The notes below the pieces were generated by a model that saw only the letters and a program-made list of their open reading frames with translations, had not been told where the DNA came from and did no database searches. 64,000 nucleotides of DNA from Williamsia sp. (GTDB taxonomy: Bacteria > Actinomycetota > Actinomycetes > Mycobacteriales > Mycobacteriaceae): NCBI RefSeq assembly GCF_036566845.1, contig NZ_DATCVM010000115.1, positions 26,852 to 90,851 of the forward strand, given 5' to 3'. Made by a program: the position numbers and the translations under genes. Below, piece after piece: positions 17,885 through 29,798 of the stretch (positions within the stretch are counted from its first letter, which is position 1; every line of letters starts with the position of its first letter).

Positions 17885-18967
17885 TCAGCGCTTGCGCCGG
17901 GCCGCCGCCGAAATGCCCAATGCCGCAACCACGCCGGCACCGACTGCCGCGGCGGCTCCCCGCCCGGACAGTCCTTCGCGGACATCGACGCGCGGGCTGA
18001 TGACCACCGGATCGGGCACCGTCGTGGGCTCGTACTTGCGGTTGCGTGGATCGGTGGCCGCCCACGCGGTGGCGAACAGGATGATCCGGGTGGTGATGAA
18101 GGCAAAGACCATGATGCCCAGGATCGGGCCGAACGTGGCGCCGGCGGGGCCCGTGACGACGGACTGGAGATAGAAGCTCGCGACCTGCTTGAAGATCTCG
18201 AAGACCACAGCGGTGAGCAGGCCTGCCTTCCACGCGTTGCGCAGGGGCAGCGCCACCCGGGGCAATTTGGCGATCACCCACGTGAACAGCAGCCACGACG
18301 CCAGGATCGAGAGCACCACCGAGATGGCCCGCACCGCCCATGACACTCCGGGAAGGTCTTCGACGCTCAGCCACTCCAGGATCTGATGCACCAGGCTGCT
18401 ACTGGACAGCGCAGACAACGAGAAGGTGACGATCATGGCCAGGAAGAGACCGACGAGCGCGCCGAGATCGGACAGCTTGGTCTTCACGATGCCGGGCGAT
18501 TCGGGTTCCGACCCCCACTGCACGGTGAGTGCGTTCCGCAGGTTGGCCATCCACCCGAGGCCGGCGTAGAGCGCGATCAGCAGGCCGAGTACACCGATCG
18601 TGGCACGGGATGCGATGGCCTGGTCCATCAGATCCGTGAGCTGTTCGCCCATACTGCCGTCCACCGAATCGGCGATCTTCTCTTTCGCCTTGTCGAGTAA
18701 CTCCGGATTGTTGGCGAATACGAAGCCGGCCACCGCGAACCCGATCATCATCAGTGGGAACAGTGCAAAGATGCTGAAGTACGTCGCACCGGCGGCAAAG
18801 TAGTCGCCCTTGGAATCCTGATATCGCGTCGCCGCGTGCATGATGTGGTCGAACCACGGATATCGGGCCCGCTGCTTGTCGAGAAACGACGGTTTGTCTG
18901 CGCCTTCCGGCAATGCGGTCGCGTTGTGCTTGTCTGCGGCCCGCCCCGGCTTGGACGCCGTGGTCAT
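17885..18967 (-). CDS. YihY/BrkB family inner membrane protein (Rv3335c-like)
   Basis: AAGATYFSIFALFPL motif, about six TM segments, directly downstream of trpS. Confidence 0.85.
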   Translation of the reverse strand: MTTASKPGRAADKHNATALPEGADKPSFLDKQRARYPWFDHIMHAATRYQDSKGDYFAAGATYFSIFALFPLMMIGFAVAGFVFANNPELLDKAKEKIADSVDGSMGEQLTDLMDQAIASRATIGVLGLLIALYAGLGWMANLRNALTVQWGSEPESPGIVKTKLSDLGALVGLFLAMIVTFSLSALSSSSLVHQILEWLSVEDLPGVSWAVRAISVVLSILASWLLFTWVIAKLPRVALPLRNAWKAGLLTAVVFEIFKQVASFYLQSVVTGPAGATFGPILGIMVFAFITTRIILFATAWAATDPRNRKYEPTTVPDPVVISPRVDVREGLSGRGAAAAVGAGVVAALGISAAARRKR

Positions 18968-19021
18968 GACATACCTGCCTGCGCGTACTCGGCGTGTGAC
19001 ATCTGGTTCCCCGTTCGGTGT

Positions 19022-20080
<1,059 letters not shown>

Positions 20081-20139
20081 TCATCCGCCCGCCACCGCAT
20101 TTCATCGCACCGCACCCGGCATCGCGCCACAGACGAACC

Positions 20140-20946
20140 TCAGGAGTACTCGACGGTGACCGGCGCATGGTCTGACCACCGCAGATCGTAGGCGCCCGCG
20201 CGGTCGACCCAGGACTTCGTCGCTGTCGAGGCCATCACCTTGTTGGCGAGCTGATAGTCGATCCGCCAGCCGGCGTCGTTGTCGAATGCCTTGCCGCGCC
20301 AACTCCACCAGCTGTACGGCCCGGCAACCTCGCCGGCGAGATCGCGGGCGACATCACGCCATCCGGACTCCAGGACGCCGGCCACCCACGCGCGTTCCTC
20401 CGGGAGGAAGCCGGGGTTCTTCACATTGCCCTTGGCGTTCTTGAGATCCAGGGCGGTGGGCGCGATGTTCCAGTCGCCGCCGATCACCACCTTCCTGCGC
20501 TTGCGGCCCAGAGCCGCGAGGTGCTGACCGAACTCGTCGAGGAAGCGGAACTTCGCCTCGCGTTTGTCACCGTCGGCGGCACCTTTGGGCAGGTACAGGC
20601 TGGCGACGGTCAGCGAGCCGAAATCGGCTTCGATGTAGCGCCCGGTGTCGTCGAACTCAGCACTGCCGAAACCGCCGCGCACTGTGTCCGGCTCGCTGCG
20701 CGAGAGGATCGCCACCCCCGAGTGACCCTTGACCGACGACTCGTTGAGGCTCAGGAACCAGCCGTCGTCCAGAACCGGGGCCAAAGCCTCGGCAACCTGC
20801 TCTTGACCGGCCCGCGTCTCCTGCAACAGCACGTGGTCGGAGTTGGTGTCCCGCAACCACGGGATCAGGCCCAGGTTGCGTTCGGAGCGGTGCTTCACCG
20901 CGGCGCGGATGCCGTTCACGTTGATCGTCGTCACGATTGTGGTCAC
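20140..20946 (-). CDS. xth: Exodeoxyribonuclease III / AP endonuclease
   Basis: INVNGIRA, LQETR, GDWNIAP, YSWWSWRG, WRIDY, SDHAPV; start placed at GTG 20946. Confidence 0.92.
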   Translation of the reverse strand: MTTIVTTINVNGIRAAVKHRSERNLGLIPWLRDTNSDHVLLQETRAGQEQVAEALAPVLDDGWFLSLNESSVKGHSGVAILSRSEPDTVRGGFGSAEFDDTGRYIEADFGSLTVASLYLPKGAADGDKREAKFRFLDEFGQHLAALGRKRRKVVIGGDWNIAPTALDLKNAKGNVKNPGFLPEERAWVAGVLESGWRDVARDLAGEVAGPYSWWSWRGKAFDNDAGWRIDYQLANKVMASTATKSWVDRAGAYDLRWSDHAPVTVEYS

Positions 20947-20957
20947 GTCGGGCGAGC

Positions 20958-22175
20958 CTACGTGCGCACTGTGACAGCGGACCTCCGGGCATACAACAGG
21001 GCCAGTCCGAGCACGGCGAGTCCGGCGACCGCCAACCCGGCCCCGAGCAGGGACGGTGCTCGATACCCGTACCCGGCCGCGATCACCAGGCCACCCATCC
21101 ATGCCCCACCCGCGTTGGCGATGTTCAGGGCCGAATGGTTGAGCGCCGCGGCCAGGGTCTGCGCATCCTCGGCGACATCCATCAGACGGATCTGCAATGC
21201 GGGCGTCAGCGCGACACCGGTCAACCCGATGAAGAAGGTAAGGATCAGCGCTGCCCACGGATTGCCCGCCGTCAGTGCAAACGCGACCAGCACCACCACG
21301 ATGGCGACAAGACTGACGAAGATCGCCCGCACCACCCCGCGATCTGCGAGTGCGCCGCCGAGGATGTTGCCGGCCACCATGCCCAGACCGAACAGCATCA
21401 GCGCGAACGGGACAAACGACTCGGATACGCCTGACACACTTGTCAGCGTGGTGCTGATGTAGGTGTAGAAGGCGAACATGCCACCGAATCCGACGATGCC
21501 GATGAGGAGCGCAAACCACACCTGCGGACGTTTCAGCGCACCGAGCTCGGTCATCGGATTGGTGATCTTCATATCGGACAGTGCCGGCAAGAACACGAAC
21601 AGCGCCGCAATCGTCAACAGCCCGATGATCACGACCACCACAAACGCCGACCGCCAGCCGAGCGCGCCGCCGAGCCAGGTCGCCGCCGGCACCCCGACGA
21701 CGTTCGCGACGCTCAGACCGATCATCACCTGCCCCACCGCTTTCGCCCGCGATTCGGGGCCCGCGAGGTGCGCGGCGACCAACGCCGCCACACCGAAGTA
21801 GGCACCGTGCGGCAATCCGGCGACGAACCTCGCCGCCATCAACATGCCGTAGTTCTGCGCGAGCACGGTGGCGGCATTGCCGATCGTGAAAGCGACCATC
21901 AACGCAATCAGCAAGGTGCGGCGCGACACCCGGGCGGTGAGCGCCGCGATCGTGGGCGCACCCACCACAACACCGAGCGCGTAGGCCGAGATCACGTGCG
22001 CGGCGGTCGGCTCACTGGTCCCCAGTGATTCGGCGATGTCCGGCAGCAGTCCCATCGCGACGAACTCGGTCGTCCCGATGCCGAACGCGCCCAGCGACAG
22101 GGCCAGGATGGCCGCGCGTCTACCGCCACGCACCTTGCCCGATGATTCGGGCGCGAGCGTGCTGACTGCAGACAT
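20958..22175 (-). CDS. MFS transporter (DHA1/AraJ-like)
   Basis: About 12 TM; GTTEFVAMGLLP and ARFVAGLPHGAYFGVA motifs. Confidence 0.9.
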   Translation of the reverse strand: MSAVSTLAPESSGKVRGGRRAAILALSLGAFGIGTTEFVAMGLLPDIAESLGTSEPTAAHVISAYALGVVVGAPTIAALTARVSRRTLLIALMVAFTIGNAATVLAQNYGMLMAARFVAGLPHGAYFGVAALVAAHLAGPESRAKAVGQVMIGLSVANVVGVPAATWLGGALGWRSAFVVVVIIGLLTIAALFVFLPALSDMKITNPMTELGALKRPQVWFALLIGIVGFGGMFAFYTYISTTLTSVSGVSESFVPFALMLFGLGMVAGNILGGALADRGVVRAIFVSLVAIVVVLVAFALTAGNPWAALILTFFIGLTGVALTPALQIRLMDVAEDAQTLAAALNHSALNIANAGGAWMGGLVIAAGYGYRAPSLLGAGLAVAGLAVLGLALLYARRSAVTVRT

Positions 22176-22551
22176 GATTCGACCTCTCAGGGTGACCGGG
22201 GCGCGACGGCGACACTGCCGACATGACTACGATCCAACCTGTGGAAGCCCCCGGCCATTCCGGAACAGGGGCGTGAGCTGACCCACAGGCCGGATCCCGG
22301 GTGGATGGCCGGGCAGCGCTCTTTCTGCTCGCGTCACCGGTGCCTGGAATACAGCGCCCGCATCGTTGTCCGGAACACCCACAGACCGTCGCCCCACGAC
22401 GGGCGAGACTCGGTTCGCGACAGTCCCGCACGCGGGCGCCATCTCAACGCGATTCGCCCGATGTACAGGGTTTCTGACACCCGTGCGAACGCCAGAATCG
22501 CTGTGCGCTGAACGGTTTCTTACCGGCGAACCGCGTGTTATATCCTTTTGG

Positions 22552-22665
22552 CCAGGTCCTGAGTATCAGCCACAAGCCCCGGCTGGCTGATCGGCAACCC
22601 TCCAACCGCGGTGGGGTGCTCCGGGTGACGACCAGGTTGCGGTTCGCCGCGGCAAGCGCGGGTCC
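22552..22665 (+). ncRNA. SAM-IV riboswitch
   Basis: GAGTATCAG...CCCCGGCTGGCTGATCGGCAACCCTCC...GGGGTGCTCCGGGTGACGACCAGG...GGCAAGCGCGG matches the actinobacterial SAM-IV pattern; directly upstream of metY-metX; followed by the hairpin GGGTCCG-N6-CGGACCC (22660-22679). Confidence 0.9.
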
Positions 22666-22720
22666 GGATGGTCGGACCCTCTAATTGGATGCCCTACCGA
22701 CCAAGAAAGAGAAGTCCTAC

Positions 22721-24037
22721 ATGTCTGACACTGACGTCAATCCGGCTGACAACTGGAGCTTTGAGACCAAGCAGGTGCACGTCGGCCAGAGCCCGGATTC
22801 GGCCACCTCTGCCCGCGCCCTGCCGATCTACCAGACCACGTCGTACACGTTCCGCGACACCGAGCACGCCGCCAACCTCTTCGGATTGGCCGAGCCGGGC
22901 AACATCTACACCCGCATCATGAACCCCACCCAGGACGCCGTCGAGCAGCGCATCGCGGCCCTCGAAGGTGGCGTCGCAGCCCTGCTCGTCGCGTCGGGCC
23001 AGGCGGCTGAGACGTACTCGATCCTCAACATCGTCGAAAACGGTGGCCATGTGGTGTCGAGCCCCCGTCTGTACGGCGGCACGTACAACCTCTTCCACTA
23101 CACGCTGCCGAAGCTCGGGATCCAGGTCAGTTTCGTCGACGATCCCGAAGACCTCGACAGCTGGCGCGCCGCAATCCAGCCCAACACCCGCGCCCTGTTC
23201 GGTGAGACCATCTCGAACCCGAACAACGAGATCCTCGATCTCCCCGGCATCTCGGCCGTCGCCCACGAGGCAGGCCTGCCGCTGATCGTCGACAACACCG
23301 TCGCAACCCCGTACCTGATCAACCCCCTCGCCCACGGCGCCGACATCGTGGTCCATTCGGCCACGAAATACCTTGGCGGACATGGCACCGCGATCGGCGG
23401 CGTGATCGTCGACGGCGGCACCTTCGACTGGCGGGGCCAGCGCGACGGAGTGGACCTGTTCCCCGGCTTCACCACCCCGGACCCGAGCTACCACGGCGCG
23501 ATCTTCGCCGACCTCGGCGCTCCGGCCTACGCCCTCAAGGCCCGCGTGCAGTGGCTGCGCGACACCGGTGCCGCCATCTCGCCGTTCAACGCCTTCCTCA
23601 TCGCCCAGGGTCTGGAGACCCTCAGCCTGCGCGTCGAACGCCACGTGTCGAACGCCCAGACCGTGGCCAAGTACCTGGAGGGGCACCCTCAGGTGGAGTC
23701 GGTGGCCTACGCCGGTCTCGAATCCTCGCGCTGGTACAAGCGAGGTCAGGAACTGGCTCCGCGTGGCCAGGGCGCGATCATCGGCTTCGAGATCGTCGGC
23801 GGAGTCGACGCAGGCAAGAAGTTCGTCGATGCGCTGGTCCTGCACAGCCATGTCGCCAATATCGGCGACGTGCGCTCGCTGGTCATCCACCCCGCCTCGA
23901 CCACCCACTCCCAGCTGATCGCCGAAGAGCAGCTGGCCGCCGGCGTGACCCCCGGACTGGTCCGGTTGGCTGTCGGCATCGAGAACGTCGTCGACATCAT
24001 CGCCGACCTCGATGCAGGCTTCGCTGCGGCCAAGTGA
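22721..24037 (+). CDS. metY: O-acetylhomoserine aminocarboxypropyltransferase (sulfhydrylase)
   Basis: [27 protein letters not shown] (PLP Lys), [16 protein letters not shown]. Confidence 0.93.
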   Translation: MSDTDVNPADNWSFETKQVHVGQSPDSATSARALPIYQTTSYTFRDTEHAANLFGLAEPGNIYTRIMNPTQDAVEQRIAALEGGVAALLVASGQAAETYSILNIVENGGHVVSSPRLYGGTYNLFHYTLPKLGIQVSFVDDPEDLDSWRAAIQPNTRALFGETISNPNNEILDLPGISAVAHEAGLPLIVDNTVATPYLINPLAHGADIVVHSATKYLGGHGTAIGGVIVDGGTFDWRGQRDGVDLFPGFTTPDPSYHGAIFADLGAPAYALKARVQWLRDTGAAISPFNAFLIAQGLETLSLRVERHVSNAQTVAKYLEGHPQVESVAYAGLESSRWYKRGQELAPRGQGAIIGFEIVGGVDAGKKFVDALVLHSHVANIGDVRSLVIHPASTTHSQLIAEEQLAAGVTPGLVRLAVGIENVVDIIADLDAGFAAAK

Positions 24038-24038
24038 G

Positions 24039-25181
24039 GTGAGTATCGACCCGCACACGCCGCCACGAACCCATCCGGACTGGGAATCCCTGCCCGATGG
24101 GCAGCTGACCAGTGTGCCGGTCGGCCCGATCTCGCTGGACAACGGTGGACGGATCGAGAATGTGACCCTGGCGTTCCAGCGCTGGGGCACACTCTCGCCC
24201 ACCCGCGACAACGTTGTTCTGGCACTGCATGCCCTGACCGGTGATTCCCATGTAACCGGACCCGCCGGTCCCGATCAGCCCACCCCCGGTTGGTGGGATG
24301 GGCTGATCGGTCCGGGCGCCGCGGTCGACACCGACGAATGGTGTGTCGTCTCGGCGAATGTCCTCGGTGGATGCAGCGGTTCCACCGGCCCGGCGTCACT
24401 GGATTCCGAAGGGCAGGTGTGGGGTTCACGTTTCCCGCACCTCACCGTGCTCGATCAGGTCCGCGCCGAGGTCGCGTTGCTCGATGCGTTGCAGATCGAA
24501 TCCTTGGCAGCCGTCCTCGGCGGTTCGATGGGTGGCGCCCGCGCTTTGGAGTGGGTCATCGGTTACCCCGAGCGGGTGCGCAGCGGCTTGATCCTGGCCG
24601 TCGGCGCTCGCGCCTCGGCTGACCAGATCGGCACGCAGACAACACAGATCGCGGCGATCAAGGCCGACGCAAACTGGCAGAACGGCGACTATCACGGCAC
24701 CGGTCGCACGCCCACGTCCGGCCTCGGCATCGCCCGCCGCATCGCGCACATGTACTACCGCAGCGAACCCGAGCTCGACCAGCGGTTCGCGAATCATCCG
24801 CAGGGACAAGAGGATCCGCTGTCCGGCGGCCGCTACGCGGTGCAGAGTTACCTCGAGCACCAAGCCGACAAACTGGTCAGCCGGTTTGATCCGGGTAGCT
24901 ACGTGGTGCTGTCCGAGGTGCTCAACAACCACGACATCGGTCGCGGACGCGGCGGCGTCGAAGCTGCCCTGCGGAGCTGTCATGTACCCGTGGTTATCGG
25001 TGGCATTGACTCCGACCGGCTCTATCCCCTGCGACAGCAGATCGAGTTGGCCGAACTCATGCCCGGCTGCGTCGATGGATTGCATGTGGTGCATTCCGCC
25101 AATGGCCACGACGGATTCCTGACCGAATTCGAAGCGGTCTCAGATCTTCTCAAGAAGACTCTCGACCTGGCACGCCGCTGA
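24039..25181 (+). CDS. metX: Homoserine O-acetyltransferase
   Basis: [14 protein letters not shown] (nucleophile Ser), [13 protein letters not shown]; start placed at GTG 24039. Confidence 0.92.
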   Translation: MSIDPHTPPRTHPDWESLPDGQLTSVPVGPISLDNGGRIENVTLAFQRWGTLSPTRDNVVLALHALTGDSHVTGPAGPDQPTPGWWDGLIGPGAAVDTDEWCVVSANVLGGCSGSTGPASLDSEGQVWGSRFPHLTVLDQVRAEVALLDALQIESLAAVLGGSMGGARALEWVIGYPERVRSGLILAVGARASADQIGTQTTQIAAIKADANWQNGDYHGTGRTPTSGLGIARRIAHMYYRSEPELDQRFANHPQGQEDPLSGGRYAVQSYLEHQADKLVSRFDPGSYVVLSEVLNNHDIGRGRGGVEAALRSCHVPVVIGGIDSDRLYPLRQQIELAELMPGCVDGLHVVHSANGHDGFLTEFEAVSDLLKKTLDLARR

Positions 25182-25202
25182 CCGTCAGCTGGCCGGTGGC
25201 CT

Positions 25203-26711
25203 TCAGGTCGCCGGTGGCGAGGTCAGCACCGGAGCCGATGGCGCATCGCCGGAACCCTGAATATCCGAAGGGGCCGCCGGAGCCGCCGGAGCCGCGGGCG
25301 CCAGAGCTGGCGGCGATTCGGTCTGATCGCCCCCGCCGGGCGCGGAATCCGGCACGGTCTCCGAAGGCTGTTCGGGCCCAGTGGATTCCGGCGGCAATGT
25401 GGACGGCGGCAGCAGAGTCGGCGGCCACGGGATACTCGGCAGCGGGAACGGGATCAGCGACGGGTTCAGCGTCCTCGTCGGCGAATCCGACGGAGCTGGC
25501 GGCGGCGGCAATTCGGTTGTCTGCCACCCCGGATCCTGGTTCCCACCATTGGTCGGTGGAGCCACCTCCTGCGTCGTCTGTGCCGGAGTGATCGTCGGTG
25601 TAGAGGTCACCTGCGTGGTGGTCGGCGACTCCGGAGACATGTGGGTCTGTGGTGGCGCCTCCGCGATGACCGATGGCACCGACGGAGCCGCAGACTCGGT
25701 CTCCGGTGTCGACGGGTTGCCGGCGAGTGACGATCCGACCGCATACACGGTCAGCAAGGCGCCGGCGAGCAACGCACCGAACATGGCCAGCGGCGCTGCC
25801 GCCAACCACTCCCGACTGCGACGTCCGCCGATGAACGCAAGCCCGCCGGGACGGTTACTCGTCGCCGCCAAGCTGGCCGCACCGGTGGCAGCAACCGATT
25901 CCGGACCGCGCGGAAGAACCGCCTCGATGCCCACCTCTCGCGTGATGAGAGCACGCACCAGCGGAACGTTCGCGATCCCACCGATGAGGACAACCGCGTC
26001 GGCTCCGGACGTCGCGGCGTACTCGGCAACCTCGGTGGCGGCGGCCTGCGCCATCGGACGGGCGAGATCTTCGAACGACGACCGGGTGAAGGTTCCCAGA
26101 CCCGCCGCTCCACCGATCGTCAGTGACGTCGACTGCCTCACGGAAAGTTCTTCTTTGGCGGTCCGGCAGGCACTGAGCACTGAGCGACGACGCCCACGAA
26201 GGCGCCCGCCCGCACTGCATTCCTCCACGAGCAGCGCATCGAGTGCCGTACCCGAGATCGCCTCGCTCCGAGTGAGGTCTGTGGCCCGTCCGGTCTGCGG
26301 ATCGAGCTTGTACAGGCTCATCCCGGTGTCCCCGAGATCGACGACGACCACGGAGCCGAACCGACTGATCTCACCGCTGGACGCCAATTGATGTGCGACG
26401 GCTTCTGTTTCCGCGATCAATTGGATTTGCCGCTTGGCACCGGTTCCGCGGGAGGCGATTTCGCGGGCGTGCTCGTCCGTGCGATACGCAACGCCGATCG
26501 GCCCGACACGTCCGCCACGGTCTTGCGCATTTCCGAGCATCAGGTCGATGCCGGAGTTGACGCGGCCGGCGCGGGTCAAACCGTCGGTGACGTCTACGTC
26601 GATGACTCTGTTGATCGAACTCTGGCCGCCATTGTCATCGGTCGTCAGCAGGACACAGTGGATCATTCCACTTCCTGCAGACAAACCCAGTGACGTACTC
26701 ATGGTCCTCAT
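25203..26711 (-). CDS. Divergent Hsp70/actin-fold protein with one TM and a Pro/Thr-rich tail
   Basis: VVVDLGDTG, SGTALD, CRTAKEELS, VVLIGGIANVPLVR are Hsp70-like; TM near aa 305-330; Pro/Thr/Ser-rich C-terminus. Confidence 0.65.
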   Translation of the reverse strand: MRTMSTSLGLSAGSGMIHCVLLTTDDNGGQSSINRVIDVDVTDGLTRAGRVNSGIDLMLGNAQDRGGRVGPIGVAYRTDEHAREIASRGTGAKRQIQLIAETEAVAHQLASSGEISRFGSVVVVDLGDTGMSLYKLDPQTGRATDLTRSEAISGTALDALLVEECSAGGRLRGRRRSVLSACRTAKEELSVRQSTSLTIGGAAGLGTFTRSSFEDLARPMAQAAATEVAEYAATSGADAVVLIGGIANVPLVRALITREVGIEAVLPRGPESVAATGAASLAATSNRPGGLAFIGGRRSREWLAAAPLAMFGALLAGALLTVYAVGSSLAGNPSTPETESAAPSVPSVIAEAPPQTHMSPESPTTTQVTSTPTITPAQTTQEVAPPTNGGNQDPGWQTTELPPPPAPSDSPTRTLNPSLIPFPLPSIPWPPTLLPPSTLPPESTGPEQPSETVPDSAPGGGDQTESPPALAPAAPAAPAAPSDIQGSGDAPSAPVLTSPPAT

Positions 26712-26875
26712 TCCGATCGCGTATGGCTCGGTGGGGCCCCAGCTGTGTCGTTTTCACACTCCGGAAATGTTCGCTGCCGCTGCCGGACAGCCCCCCGCTC
26801 CATCTTCCGGTCGGTGTCAAGACAATTTGCTTTACTATAGTCAACCGAAAAATGCAGCAACGGAAACCATTGTAA

Positions 26876-27232
26876 TCAATCTGTGCCCAACGGGTCGATC
26901 GAGGTTGACAACCAGAGGATTGCGACACCGACAATCACCATCGACGAGACGTCGGACATCCGGCCACGAACCTCGAGGAGACCGGCGCGCGACGTCGGCA
27001 GAATCGCCCGCAACAATGCCGCCAGCAGTGCTGCCGATCCGAGGACGAATGTTCCTCGCCGCCAGCGGTCGAAGATCAAGAAGATCGCGGCCACCACGAT
27101 CAGCGCCATCACGGCGATAAAAGGTATCTGGACCAGCACGCCTCTCAACTGCCGAGCGCGATGGAGACGGCGGGCACGCGCACGGCCGGCGCCCGGTGCT
27201 GCCCCCTGGCCCGCGGCCGACCTACTGCTCAT
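26876..27232 (-). CDS. DUF3017 family membrane protein (Rv3355c-like)
   Basis: DRWRRGTFVLG...RAGLLEVRGRMSD; directly downstream of folD as in mycobacteria. Confidence 0.75.
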   Translation of the reverse strand: MSSRSAAGQGAAPGAGRARARRLHRARQLRGVLVQIPFIAVMALIVVAAIFLIFDRWRRGTFVLGSAALLAALLRAILPTSRAGLLEVRGRMSDVSSMVIVGVAILWLSTSIDPLGTD

Positions 27233-27239
27233 GCCGAGA

Positions 27240-28112
27240 TCAATTCCGCAGCAGTGCGGTTTCGGCACGCTCGACGACGTTGGCCATCAGGAAGGCGCGT
27301 GTGAGCGGGCCCACACCACCGGGATTTGGTGAGACGTGCCCGGCGACGTCCCAGACGCCGGGATCGACGTCGCCGACCAAGCCTTCCACCGTTCGACTGA
27401 CACCCACATCGACAACCGCTGCACCGGGCTTGACCATGTCCGCGGTGATCAGGCCGGCAACTCCCGCGGCAGCGATGACGATGTCGGCGCGCGACACCTC
27501 GGCGGCGAGGTCGGCAGTGCCGGTGTGACAAAGGGTGACGGTGGCGTTCTCCGTCCGGCGGGTGAAGAGGAGCCCGATCGGACGTCCCACGGTCACACCG
27601 CGCCCGACCACGACCACATGCGATCCGGCAATCGGCACGTCATACCGCCGCAGCAGATGCAGGATGCCGCGTGGGGTGCACGGCAACGGGGCGTCGGACG
27701 AGGTGCCCGATCCGTCGAGAACCAGACGTCCCAGGTTGATCGGATGCAGTCCGTCGGCGTCCTTGGCCGGGTCGATCCGCTCCAGGGCCGCATTCTCGTC
27801 GAGATGCTTGGGCAGCGGCAGCTGGACGATGTACCCGGTACAGGCCGGGTCGGCGTTCAGCTCGTCGATGACCTCGTTGAGTTGCTCGGTGGTGATGTCG
27901 GCCGGCAGATCCTTGCGGATCGATGCGATGCCGAGTTTGGCGCAATCGTTGTGCTTCCCACGCACGTAGGCGTGCGAACCGGGGTCCTCACCCACCAGCA
28001 CGGTGGCGAGACCGGGAACGATCCCGGCGGCACGGAGCTTGTCGACCCGCGCCTTCAGATCGACAAAAACTTCATCACGGGTGGCTTTTCCATCCAACAC
28101 AGCTGCACTCAC
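27240..28112 (-). CDS. folD: Bifunctional methylenetetrahydrofolate dehydrogenase/cyclohydrolase
   Basis: [45 protein letters not shown]; start placed at GTG 28112. Confidence 0.95.
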   Translation of the reverse strand: MSAAVLDGKATRDEVFVDLKARVDKLRAAGIVPGLATVLVGEDPGSHAYVRGKHNDCAKLGIASIRKDLPADITTEQLNEVIDELNADPACTGYIVQLPLPKHLDENAALERIDPAKDADGLHPINLGRLVLDGSGTSSDAPLPCTPRGILHLLRRYDVPIAGSHVVVVGRGVTVGRPIGLLFTRRTENATVTLCHTGTADLAAEVSRADIVIAAAGVAGLITADMVKPGAAVVDVGVSRTVEGLVGDVDPGVWDVAGHVSPNPGGVGPLTRAFLMANVVERAETALLRN

Positions 28113-28160
28113 GACACCCATCATTTCAGGTCGCGGCCGCGAGATGTGCACGCCATGGAT

Positions 28161-29174
28161 CTAGCGGGTCTCGAACCATGCGATTTTCGACGAATTGATG
28201 CCCGAGATCCACACTTTGCCCCCCGTTTCGACAACGCCGGTGCTCAGTCCGAAACCCGGGATGTGCACTCGGCGATCAGCGACAACACGGCCGCCGGGCA
28301 ACTCGATCTTCAGCAGCCACAACGGGGCCGGAGGATCCGGCAGGAATCGGTCGGGCACACGCCAGACCAGCTTTCGCAGTCGAGGATATCCGGAGAGAAG
28401 CTCCAGCGGCCGACTACGCATGCCGGCCATCGCCAGCCACATGTGCCCGCCGTCCGGGCTCAGCGAGGCGTTGTCCGGAAATCCCGGAAGCCGATCGACG
28501 GTTACCGCCTGCTCACCCGTCGCCGGGTTGTAGGACCGCACGCGATAATCGCCCGTTTCGGCGATGTGAAGAAGCCCGCCGTGCGCGACGAGCCCGTTGG
28601 CGAACTGCAGGTCGTCAAGGACAACGGTGGCCGCCGGCCGGAGGTCGTCGTCGAACTCCACCCGGATCAACCGGCCCGTCGCGGAATGCTCGATGATGTC
28701 GGCCTTGTAGTAGTCGTAGCCGAATCGCGTGGTGGATTGGCTGACGTAGAGCTCACGCGGCTGCGGATCGACACCACCGGTGTGTTCGGTGACGATCACA
28801 TTGGAGCAGAACGTCAGGGGCACCCCATCGACCTGGTCGACGACCATCTCGATCACGTTGGTGTCGAGGTCCATCTGGAGCAGGCCGCGTTCGCTGTCAC
28901 AGATGAACAGTCGTCGACCGAGGATTTCCAACCCCAGCGGGCGCCCGCCCGTCGTCGCGACAACCTGCCGGCGCCCGGAGTCGGGATCGATGCAGATGAT
29001 GTCGCCGCCGATGGCCCCGGTCCAGATCCGCCCTCGACCGTCCACAACAACGTCCTCGGGTGAGTCGGACTCCACATCGATGACCGTGATCTGCGGTTCC
29101 TGAGGCTGCGGCCAGTCTGCGGTCGATGCCGGTGTGGGCGTCCATCGCACCGGTGATATCGCAGGCTTTGCCAT
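28161..29174 (-). CDS. SMP-30/gluconolactonase/strictosidine synthase family beta-propeller
   Basis: PEDVVVD, GRPLGL, FANGL, LPGFPDN motifs. Confidence 0.82.
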   Translation of the reverse strand: MAKPAISPVRWTPTPASTADWPQPQEPQITVIDVESDSPEDVVVDGRGRIWTGAIGGDIICIDPDSGRRQVVATTGGRPLGLEILGRRLFICDSERGLLQMDLDTNVIEMVVDQVDGVPLTFCSNVIVTEHTGGVDPQPRELYVSQSTTRFGYDYYKADIIEHSATGRLIRVEFDDDLRPAATVVLDDLQFANGLVAHGGLLHIAETGDYRVRSYNPATGEQAVTVDRLPGFPDNASLSPDGGHMWLAMAGMRSRPLELLSGYPRLRKLVWRVPDRFLPDPPAPLWLLKIELPGGRVVADRRVHIPGFGLSTGVVETGGKVWISGINSSKIAWFETR

Positions 29175-29180
29175 CGCCGT

Positions 29181-29777
29181 TCAGCCTCCGATGTTGAGTC
29201 CGTGCGCCGCCGCGAATTCCATCGCCTGGCCGTGGTCGACGAGCGAATCGGTGACCTTGGCCTGCAACCAGAGCATCGGATCGATTCTCGCACCTCGCAG
29301 ATTCGCCTGACCGAGCTTTGTCCCGATTGCGCGGACCCCGGTCAGGTCGGAGCCGGTGAGGTCGGCGCCGGTGAGGTCGGAGTCCGCCAGGTTTGCCTCG
29401 CGCAGCCGGCATCCCCTCAAAATCACACCCGAGAGGTCCAGTCCCCCGATCGAGGTGAGGGACAGATCGCTGTCGACGATCTTCATCGGCCGGACCCTCG
29501 AGTTGGTGATGACAGATCCCAGCAGGCTGCAGTCGGCGATCTCGATCTTGTTCAGATGCGCGCGTTCGAAGTGGCAGTTCCGGAACGCACTGGAGGAGTG
29601 TTTCGAGAACGAGAGGTTGACACCGGTGAAGTCGCAGTCGGTGAAAATCACTGCGCGAGTCGATAATTCACTCAGATCGGCTTCGACAAAACTGCAGCTG
29701 ACGAACTCTCTGTCCTCCCAGGTCTCCCCGGAGAAGTCGGCATAGTCGAATTGCTGCCCCTCGGCTACGTCAGTCAT
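29181..29777 (-). CDS. mfpA: Pentapeptide-repeat protein, MfpA-like gyrase-binding DNA mimic
   Basis: Continuous A(D/N)LXX-type pentapeptide repeats (ADLSE, CDFTG, ANLAD, ADLTG, SDLTG, ANLRG); 198 aa; position matches Rv3361c. Confidence 0.75.
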   Translation of the reverse strand: MTDVAEGQQFDYADFSGETWEDREFVSCSFVEADLSELSTRAVIFTDCDFTGVNLSFSKHSSSAFRNCHFERAHLNKIEIADCSLLGSVITNSRVRPMKIVDSDLSLTSIGGLDLSGVILRGCRLREANLADSDLTGADLTGSDLTGVRAIGTKLGQANLRGARIDPMLWLQAKVTDSLVDHGQAMEFAAAHGLNIGG

Positions 29778-29798
29778 CCCCCATGTCTACACGGCGAC

